From a virus (Duplodnaviria; Caudoviricetes), in IMG/VR virus record IMGVR_UViG_3300032053_000101, positions 1 through 53,992 of that record: a stretch of DNA of 53,992 bases; one strand, 5' to 3'. Within the stretch, counting starts at the first letter, position 1. Each line of letters opens with the position of its first letter. Below the pieces are notes generated by a model that worked only from the letters and a program-made list of their open reading frames with translations, did no database searches and was not told the origin of the DNA. The translations under genes were made by a program, and so were the position numbers. Of the stretch, positions 46,703 to 53,992 are shown piece after piece.

Positions 46703-48904
46703 CTAAAATAACTCTAATTGTTTTTTATATTCATTAATTCTACTTATTGCTATTTCATAATAATCTTTATTATTCTCGATACCAATATATCTACGATCCA
46801 ACATTTTACATGCCAATACAGTTGTACCCGATCCTAAAAATGGATCTAATACTATATCATTTTTTCTTGAACCGAGAGTTATTAAATAACCCATAAGTTT
46901 AATAGGTTTTACTGTAGGATGGTTATTCCGGGGTTTATACTTTGTTAATTTTGATGTATTTATATCGGAACTATTTCTTCTATCTATACCTGCCGTTAAA
47001 CTATCTTTACCCCATTCCTTCTCTTCCAATCCCTCGCAACCTTCATTCTTTTCAGATGTACTTGCTTTTGGAACTATAAAAAAAGGAAATACTTTTTGAA
47101 CATTTTCTGGTAATTCTTTTAATTTCTCTTCAAACCATTTATCTAAATCAAAAAATCTACTGAATGAACCTGAATCTCCATATGTTATTTGTTCTACATC
47201 TTTATCACCATATTTATGTTCTATAAAATATCCTTCTTTCCTTCTAATACAATCCTTACCACTTTTCCTTTTTGTTCCATCATTTAATATATCATCTGAA
47301 CAAAGTAAATTTGCAGGAAATCTAGCTTTATTTCCCCTACTTAAAGCTTTAAATCCCCATCCTTGATTTTGTGTATCTAGTTTCTTATTACCTTTTCTTT
47401 CAATAGCGATATTTTCTTTATCTGCTAACGGTATTCTGCATTCATCAAAATTGACACAACCTTTTCCATTTTTTAATGCTTGTTCCACATAAGTTTTCTC
47501 ACTTAATGATTTCATTACAACAAGAATAATTTCAACGGCAGGTTTTGGTTGGAATCCTGCAAAACCCTTTACTTTGCCATTGGTTTTCTTTTCTAAATTC
47601 AATGCCTTTGGAAATCCACTATTTCCCGTGATAAAGTATCTTTCATTTCTCCAAGCAATAAAATTCCCTAATTTAGTTTTTATACACCAAATTTTCCCTT
47701 TATAATTTATTAATTTAGGACAATAATTACTCCATTGAAATTCAGTATCCGATTGTTTCTTTATACTAACACATTGTTTATTTCTATTTCTTTTAGTTTG
47801 CCATCCAAGAGAAATTACTAACATTTCAAACCAATCTAATGTAAAACTATTGTTTTGATAAAAACAATCAGTAGATTTTCCTTTATAAAAGGATCTTGTA
47901 CCATCGCCCTTAATTAAAGCATTATATAAACACAATCTTTCTTTATATATTAATTCTAATAATTTATTAGTAGGTTTTTTGTTTGGAATCAATATCCTTA
48001 TTTTTTTATTCCAATATCCACTAAACATAAAACAATATTCTTCATAATTTTTATCTTTGTATTTTCTTTTTCTACAATATTCCTTATATGGTATATGTAA
48101 ATCAACAAGTAAATTTCTTATTTCTTTAACATTAGATATATTAACAGAACTTTGATAAATCCTTATATCATTTGCCCTATTATAACTATAAAAATGACCT
48201 TCCGCTAAAATCCATCCTAATAGTGTCGCCAAATTTTTACCTATGCTAATTGAACCTTTATACTTTGCGGAAATGGGAATTTTAATTGCACTATGTAATT
48301 TAATCTTATTGGGTTTATTGTATTTCCAACTTTTATCCCACCATCTTTTTTTACCAGAATGATATTTATTTTTATATAATATATTATGATTCAATGTTAG
48401 CATTTGATCTGTATTCTGATTTTTTAAATTGTATAATTTGCCATCAAAACCGTAAATAAATTTTTGATTTATTTTGGTTTTAACTAAAATATTTCTTTTT
48501 ATATCAAACGAATATACAATATCATTTTTTTTTAATTCATTTAAATTTCTTAATCCATTAGTTGTTAAAATTTTGGTATCCTCTGATAAACAAGCATAAG
48601 TCCAATATATACTTGTAAATCCAGTTTCAAATCCCGCTTCTTGTAAATTATAAATCATTCTATATAAACAATCCTGTCTTGGCGAACTCATTATGAATGC
48701 AAAAGCACCAGGTTTTAATACCCTTAAACATTCCTTCCAATATTCAATTCCTATTATAACTTTATCCCAATCTTTACCCATGAAGGAATAGCCATAAGGA
48801 GGATCTGTAACAATCAAATCTATAGAACTATTAGGAATATCCCCTATTACTTTCAGACAATCATCATTAATAATCTTATTAGTAAAATTATTTATATTTT
48901 CCAC
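46703..48904 (-). CDS. DNA methyltransferase (beta class) with an intein (409 aa after splicing)
   Basis: TDPPY, WTYA|SGFPK, HPTVKP, LDPFLGSGTT. Confidence 0.88.
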   Translation of the reverse strand: MENINNFTNKIINDDCLKVIGDIPNSSIDLIVTDPPYGYSFMGKDWDKVIIGIEYWKECLRVLKPGAFAFIMSSPRQDCLYRMIYNLQEAGFETGFTSIYWTYACLSEDTKILTTNGLRNLNELKKNDIVYSFDIKRNILVKTKINQKFIYGFDGKLYNLKNQNTDQMLTLNHNILYKNKYHSGKKRWWDKSWKYNKPNKIKLHSAIKIPISAKYKGSISIGKNLATLLGWILAEGHFYSYNRANDIRIYQSSVNISNVKEIRNLLVDLHIPYKEYCRKRKYKDKNYEEYCFMFSGYWNKKIRILIPNKKPTNKLLELIYKERLCLYNALIKGDGTRSFYKGKSTDCFYQNNSFTLDWFEMLVISLGWQTKRNRNKQCVSIKKQSDTEFQWSNYCPKLINYKGKIWCIKTKLGNFIAWRNERYFITGNSGFPKALNLEKKTNGKVKGFAGFQPKPAVEIILVVMKSLSEKTYVEQALKNGKGCVNFDECRIPLADKENIAIERKGNKKLDTQNQGWGFKALSRGNKARFPANLLCSDDILNDGTKRKSGKDCIRRKEGYFIEHKYGDKDVEQITYGDSGSFSRFFDLDKWFEEKLKELPENVQKVFPFFIVPKASTSEKNEGCEGLEEKEWGKDSLTAGIDRRNSSDINTSKLTKYKPRNNHPTVKPIKLMGYLITLGSRKNDIVLDPFLGSGTTVLACKMLDRRYIGIENNKDYYEIAISRINEYKKQLELF
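47621..48592 (-). mobile_element. Intein with LAGLIDADG-type endonuclease (324 aa)
   Basis: CLSEDT start, TLNH block B, LLGWILAEG and LIKGDG, ends FITGN before Ser. Confidence 0.88.
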
Positions 48905-49119
48905 TTATATTTTTTGTTCCAAATTATTTTAGGTAAAATCAGTTTATTTGTTCCCGGATAGAACATTTTATGTTTAATAGCAATTGGTTTTAAAATCTTT
49001 TCATTTATATATTTTCCAAGCCTTTTTCTTCTAATTCGTATTTCTTCAAATTTAATTTTAAAAAATTTCTTAAATATTTTATTAATTGTATTTTTATACA
49101 TATTTCTTGTATTTTCCAT
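48892..49119 (-). CDS. Hypothetical basic protein
   Basis: 75-aa ORF between methyltransferase genes. Confidence 0.4.
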   Translation of the reverse strand: MENTRNMYKNTINKIFKKFFKIKFEEIRIRRKRLGKYINEKILKPIAIKHKMFYPGTNKLILPKIIWNKKYKWKI

Positions 49120-49120
49120 A

Positions 49121-49924
49121 TTAAAATAAAGAATTTTGTTTTGGATCTTTCTTACTTAATTTTTCTAATTCATTTTCTATATACTTATCCCCAATTCTAT
49201 CACATGACATCTTATAATATTTTTCATCTTTTTCTATACCTAGATATTTTCTATTTAAAATTTTACTCATTATAGCAGTTGTTCCAGAACCTAAAAAAGG
49301 ATCTAATATTATATCTCCTTCATTGCTACTTGTTTTAATAAATTTAGCTATTAATGATAAAGGCTTTTCAGTTGGATGGCAAGTTTGTCCATAAGCAGAT
49401 TTATTGGGAGTAATCATATAATTAAACATTTCTGTTTGTTTTAAAAAATTCTTTAATTTACATTCACCTTTAGAACCTACCCAAATAAACTCGGAAGCTG
49501 ATAAATAATTCACGAGACGAAACGAAGGAGTCGGATTTGACTTCAGCCAGGCAAATATAGTTCTAGATTTCATTCCATATTTAGGTCCTAATATCAAATC
49601 AAAATATCCTGTTTTCTGTTTATCGAAAAATATATAAAACCAAGATTTAGGCTTTAATACTCTTACACATTCTTTAAACCAACTTTCTGTAAAATCAAAA
49701 AATTCTTGTTCAGAACTGAAATTATCCCACGAACCAAAATCAAGCTTTATATCCATATTCCTTTTCCATGATTTTGCATTTAAAGTTTTTCTTGATATTT
49801 TTTTATCAGGTTGACTGATCATGTAGGGAGGATCAGTAATTATTAAATCTATTGAATTATCAGGAATTGTTTTTAAAATTTCCAAGCAGTCCGCATTTAT
49901 AATCTTATTTTCAAATTCTTTCAT
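49121..49924 (-). CDS. DNA methyltransferase (N6-A/N4-C, beta class)
   Basis: TDPPY, HPTEKP, LDPFLGSGTT. Confidence 0.9.
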   Translation of the reverse strand: MKEFENKIINADCLEILKTIPDNSIDLIITDPPYMISQPDKKISRKTLNAKSWKRNMDIKLDFGSWDNFSSEQEFFDFTESWFKECVRVLKPKSWFYIFFDKQKTGYFDLILGPKYGMKSRTIFAWLKSNPTPSFRLVNYLSASEFIWVGSKGECKLKNFLKQTEMFNYMITPNKSAYGQTCHPTEKPLSLIAKFIKTSSNEGDIILDPFLGSGTTAIMSKILNRKYLGIEKDEKYYKMSCDRIGDKYIENELEKLSKKDPKQNSLF

Positions 49925-50218
49925 TTATTCTAACATATTTTCGTTGCATTTAATTCCACCCAAAATAAATGCTTCTTTATCTAGTGGAGCATAATAATCC
50001 TCTACACTCATACCAATAACTCTTACTACTTTTACATCTTCTTTAAATACTTCCATACCACCATACATACCCAAATCATCAAGATATACACCCAATTTAT
50101 TTTTATCATATTTTTTCACTTCTTTGATTTCTTTTGAAGTATAAAAATCGATTTTGTCTCTTTTGCTTACATAAACTTTTCTACTATCTTCCAATAACAT
50201 TTTTACTCTAAATTTCAT
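49925..50218 (-). CDS. Hypothetical protein
   Basis: 97-aa ORF. Confidence 0.55.
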   Translation of the reverse strand: MKFRVKMLLEDSRKVYVSKRDKIDFYTSKEIKEVKKYDKNKLGVYLDDLGMYGGMEVFKEDVKVVRVIGMSVEDYYAPLDKEAFILGGIKCNENMLE

Positions 50219-50260
50219 TATTTATCTTTTCATTCCATTTCTTTCGGAAATTGTTGAACC

Positions 50261-50845
50261 CTAATTGGATATTTTTGCAATTATAGCCTCCAATTCTCTT
50301 ATTCGTTTTTTATAAGGTTCGGTTTGATGCACATGCTCTCCATTTTTCATTGCCACTAAATTTTTGGGTCTATTATCATCTTTTATTCCGTTTAAATGAT
50401 GGATAACCATATTTTTGCTTAATTTTTTATTATGATATTGTTCCCATATTATTCTATGTTCAAATATATATTTTCGTTTACTTTTATGAGGATAATTTTT
50501 ATTATAAATCATAATATATCCACTTTGTTTTCTCCTACCACCTTTCCAATTACAGCTTTTTTCTTTTCTCCGTGCTAAACTCATTTTTAATTTTGTTTCA
50601 CTTGATAACTTTATACCTTTTCTTGCTATACTCATTTTTTTTCTTGTTTTTTTTGAAACTTTTCTTCCTTTAAAGGATATACTCATTTTCCGTCTTGTTT
50701 CAGGACTATTAATATAACCCAATATTTCTTTTCTTTTCAATTTTGCTTTTCTCATTTTTCTTTTAGTCTTTTCGGAATGAATTTTCCCCTTCATCCCATT
50801 TCCCAAATTATTCAATAATTGTTCTTTTCTTTTATCGGTTATCAT
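50261..50845 (-). CDS. HNH homing endonuclease with NUMOD3 repeats
   Basis: S.ET(K/R).KMS repeats; EHRII..IHHLNGIKDDNRPKNL..H. Confidence 0.88.
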   Translation of the reverse strand: MITDKRKEQLLNNLGNGMKGKIHSEKTKRKMRKAKLKRKEILGYINSPETRRKMSISFKGRKVSKKTRKKMSIARKGIKLSSETKLKMSLARRKEKSCNWKGGRRKQSGYIMIYNKNYPHKSKRKYIFEHRIIWEQYHNKKLSKNMVIHHLNGIKDDNRPKNLVAMKNGEHVHQTEPYKKRIRELEAIIAKISN

Positions 50846-50878
50846 ATTATCACCTCATAAGCATTATACTATAAAAAT

Positions 50879-51535
50879 TCAAGAATTGTCAATAATTAAA
50901 TCTTTAGGATAATTTTTTATAATAATCGGATATTTTGCATTCGGTTTAATAAATAATGGGATTTTATAATGATTACATTGTTCAACTATTCTATCGAGCC
51001 ATTCTTTTTTGTGAACTGGTTTCGGTGTTAATCCGCCGCATATAATCCATCTTACATTCTTATAATGTGATGGTTCAATATATTCTAATAATGGTTCATA
51101 TGATATAAACAAGTTTTTATTATTACTATTAAATAAATATGCTCCTTTTTCTATGTCATCTTTATTATTTGTTATAGTAGTTCCAAGCCAACAATTATCT
51201 GAAAACTCAAACTCTGCATATCGCTTTGGGTTCTTGGTTAAGAATAGAAATTTATGCTGTGGATAATAACCACACATACGAATAACCTTTTTAATGTATC
51301 CAGTCAAAACCCAATTCCCAAATAAATCCGTAAGACTACCAATAAAAATTATTGATGATTTCTTTATTTCTCCTAATTTCAAATACCAATCATGTTTATA
51401 GTGTGGTTTTGTCCAATCTTTAATCCATTTAAATCTATCATTCATCCGTTTAGCGTAACAGTAAATACAACCATGTTTACAACCTAGTGTAGGATTAATT
51501 GTGTAATCACAATATTCTATTTTACTTTTCGCCAT
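50879..51535 (-). CDS. DUF5131 (phage Gp37/Gp68) radical SAM-like protein
   Basis: SKIEY.D.TINP..GCKHGCIYCYA, LTKNPKR, SYEPLL, WIICGG. Confidence 0.85.
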   Translation of the reverse strand: MAKSKIEYCDYTINPTLGCKHGCIYCYAKRMNDRFKWIKDWTKPHYKHDWYLKLGEIKKSSIIFIGSLTDLFGNWVLTGYIKKVIRMCGYYPQHKFLFLTKNPKRYAEFEFSDNCWLGTTITNNKDDIEKGAYLFNSNNKNLFISYEPLLEYIEPSHYKNVRWIICGGLTPKPVHKKEWLDRIVEQCNHYKIPLFIKPNAKYPIIIKNYPKDLIIDNS

Positions 51536-51547
51536 TTCTATAAATTC

Positions 51548-52291
51548 CTACATAAATACCATATTACCTACTTGATGACTAACAAAATTCTTTTCAAACA
51601 TTTTTTTCCATTCTTCTTTTGTTGTTTTATAATCTGCAAAAGTTGTAGCATTGTTCTCGGCCCATTCGCATAATTCATCTATAGTTTTAAACACTGGAGA
51701 TATAGGAGAGCCTTCCGAAACATCTTCCCACAATTGATAACCCTTTCCTTTTGGTGGTTCTATTTTTTTCCAACTTTCATGTAGTTTCTTAATTCTTGTA
51801 GACTGACACAATTCACCTTCACCTTTACAATATTTACATTTGCCATAAATTCCCAATCTTTTCGCTCTTGTTTTAACACATACCCATCGATTTATTGCAT
51901 CATGCCCCATTCCTTTTCTCGCCCAATTATTTACTTCTTCTGTTGTTGGAACATATCCGTTATTAAATGAAAGCCAACTATTTTCTCCTTTCTTAATTTT
52001 CTCTTCTACTATTTTTCTTTGTTTTTCATTCCTCGGAACATGAGTAAAATCCATGAGTCTGCCTTCTTTAATAAGTGCATTTATTTCTTCTTGGTTTATA
52101 TTATAACACCATTTTCTACCAGTTCCTTTAAAATCATACCAATCATCTGATAATTTTTTTGTTTCAGGATTTAAACCAGAACCATCACATGTCTTACATT
52201 CAATATAATTATATGGATTAACATATCCTTTCCATACCTGATGTAAAGGCCAATCAAAATTCAAAGGAACTCTTTTAAATTGTCTAATCAT
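51548..52291 (-). CDS. Hypothetical phage protein with CxxCxGxG motifs
   Basis: CKTCDGSG, CKYCKGEG, GYQLWE..SEGSPISPVF. Confidence 0.65.
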   Translation of the reverse strand: MIRQFKRVPLNFDWPLHQVWKGYVNPYNYIECKTCDGSGLNPETKKLSDDWYDFKGTGRKWCYNINQEEINALIKEGRLMDFTHVPRNEKQRKIVEEKIKKGENSWLSFNNGYVPTTEEVNNWARKGMGHDAINRWVCVKTRAKRLGIYGKCKYCKGEGELCQSTRIKKLHESWKKIEPPKGKGYQLWEDVSEGSPISPVFKTIDELCEWAENNATTFADYKTTKEEWKKMFEKNFVSHQVGNMVFM

Positions 52292-53078
52292 TTTTAGCTT
52301 GTCTTAATCCGTAAATTGTATTCAAGCAAACACTTAAGTGCCATATTTCATTTGATTCTAATTTCTCTTTATTTCTATATTGTTTAATATATTTATCACA
52401 CATCCAACATTGAGTAGGTGGAACTATTTTATCATACAATTGATCCAATTCTTCCAAATTAATATCTTTTATATCTTCCAATTCCTTTTCTTTTGATTTA
52501 TTTTCTTCAATCTCTTTATTAGACAATCTAGGAACAAAAGGATTAAATATAGTTGGAGATATTGTTTTTTCTTCTAAAATCTCAAAATTCTTATCAACAT
52601 CTATTATAAAATCATTTTCTTCATGGACCTTCTTAACTTCATAAGGAACATTATTTAATCGTAAAAACTCTTCAAATATTATATTTGCTTCATATTTATT
52701 CTGTTTATCTTTCAATTTCCTAACATGAAACAATTTAATTGCTTTTTCCCATAAAACACTATTCATTTCTATTTCAATACTATTACAATTAACTAAATCC
52801 TTAATCGGATGAAGAAAACTTAACTTCTGATAGTATGATTTTCCCCATTCAAAATCTTTTGTATTAAGTTTTGAAACTTCATTTTTAGTTATATATCCAC
52901 AAATTCTTCCTAAATTTTTTAAATCTATATGAATTGCAACATAAAGAGCATACGGAGTCTGTTCAAACCTATTACTATAAATCCATAAATTATTATCAAA
53001 ATAATTCTTAAAAACAGATTTACCTTTTTGTTGTTTTTCTCTATCATCTATTACATGTATGTCGGTTAAGTATCTCAT
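52284..53078 (-). CDS. Hypothetical protein, paralog of 53242..53904
   Basis: Shared C-terminal TQCW.C.KYI..YR...EIWHL..CL. Confidence 0.65.
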   Translation of the reverse strand: MRYLTDIHVIDDREKQQKGKSVFKNYFDNNLWIYSNRFEQTPYALYVAIHIDLKNLGRICGYITKNEVSKLNTKDFEWGKSYYQKLSFLHPIKDLVNCNSIEIEMNSVLWEKAIKLFHVRKLKDKQNKYEANIIFEEFLRLNNVPYEVKKVHEENDFIIDVDKNFEILEEKTISPTIFNPFVPRLSNKEIEENKSKEKELEDIKDINLEELDQLYDKIVPPTQCWMCDKYIKQYRNKEKLESNEIWHLSVCLNTIYGLRQAKND

Positions 53079-53241
53079 TTTAATAAATCTCTATATACAT
53101 AAATTTTTACAATCATGCTCAATTTCTATATGATTCCAATCAATATTATTATAAGAATATATCCATCCATTTACTTTATTCCATGTTTCATATCCAACAA
53201 TTTTATTATCTTTGATTAACCTAAATCTTATTTCTTCCATT

Positions 53242-53904
53242 TTAAAATAAAGTTAATTGTTTATTGGTTTCTCTAATATTATTTTTCTTATTATAATCTT
53301 CTACTTTTCTTAAACATTTATTCAAATGCCATATTTCCGATTGTTCCATTTGTTCTCCTTTTCTATACTTATTTATATACTTATTACATAACCAACATTG
53401 AGTCGAAGATTTAATTCTTTCATACAAATCATTTAATTCTTTTAAATTTATATTATTTACCAATTCCTTTTGTTCTTCATTCAAATTCATATCTTTTATA
53501 TTGCATTCTACTCGAGGCTGTAAATAAGGAGCAAACTTAGAAGATGTTATTGATTTCCTTTCTAAATCATTAATGGTTTTATTTATATATATTACAAAAT
53601 CATCTGGTTCATTAATATATTCTATACCATAAGAAACATTATTATCTATACAAAAATTCTCCAAAACCTTATTTGCCAAAAAATGAAATGTAGTTTTTGT
53701 TCTAAATTCATATGGATAATTACTCCTTACAGGAGATTTATAAATTATATTTTTGGATAGTATAGTTCTAATATCAAAAACCATATTGCAGCCCCTATCA
53801 ATCCATTCATTCATTTTATGTAGATCACGATATTTTAAACCGCAGGAAAGTTTATTTTTATGATGTGTTGCAATACTGGAATGTTGTAACGCAGGAACAA
53901 TCAT
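53242..53904 (-). CDS. Hypothetical protein, paralog of 52284..53078
   Basis: Shared C-terminal domain; start position uncertain. Confidence 0.6.
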   Translation of the reverse strand: MIVPALQHSSIATHHKNKLSCGLKYRDLHKMNEWIDRGCNMVFDIRTILSKNIIYKSPVRSNYPYEFRTKTTFHFLANKVLENFCIDNNVSYGIEYINEPDDFVIYINKTINDLERKSITSSKFAPYLQPRVECNIKDMNLNEEQKELVNNINLKELNDLYERIKSSTQCWLCNKYINKYRKGEQMEQSEIWHLNKCLRKVEDYNKKNNIRETNKQLTLF

Positions 53905-53992
53905 GTGTTGTTCTACTTCCCCTCTCGTTGCATATCCATAAATGGTAGATAATGTTTCATCATAATTAAAATATACTGCTATATATAAATCA

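Noticed and set aside
1-53992. Alternative genetic code (stop-codon reassignment)
   Set aside because: Long genes are intact in code 11, and TAA, TAG and TGA all occur as plausible gene ends

Overview
AT-rich segment of a large tailed bacteriophage genome (standard code, GGAGG-type RBSs, sigma70-like promoters). Essentially all real genes lie on the minus strand. Left half (1-22 kb) is the head and virion module: HK97-type major capsid protein, probable decoration protein, prohead protease/scaffold, a portal gene split by a 242-nt group I intron, modular proteins punctuated by an SSLNKQS linker, and fibre-like proteins. The middle holds CspA, a metallophosphoesterase, the terminase large subunit with two inteins and a probable small subunit. 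At 31.5-32.5 kb a stand-alone Cas7/RAMP-like gene has its own promoter and is followed directly by a non-CRISPR repeat array with near-strict 5-nt NAY-NN periodicity; this is the best candidate for a new RNA-guided system (VIPR-like). The right half is accessory: tRNA-Asp, many small ORFs, an Rnl2-type RNA ligase, nicotinamidase plus nicotinate phosphoribosyltransferase, a helical/TerD-domain protein preceded by three covarying structured RNA repeats, a degenerate tRNA-His, four DNA methyltransferases (one with an intein), two radical SAM proteins and an HNH endonuclease. All calls come from reading motifs by eye; no database search was run.
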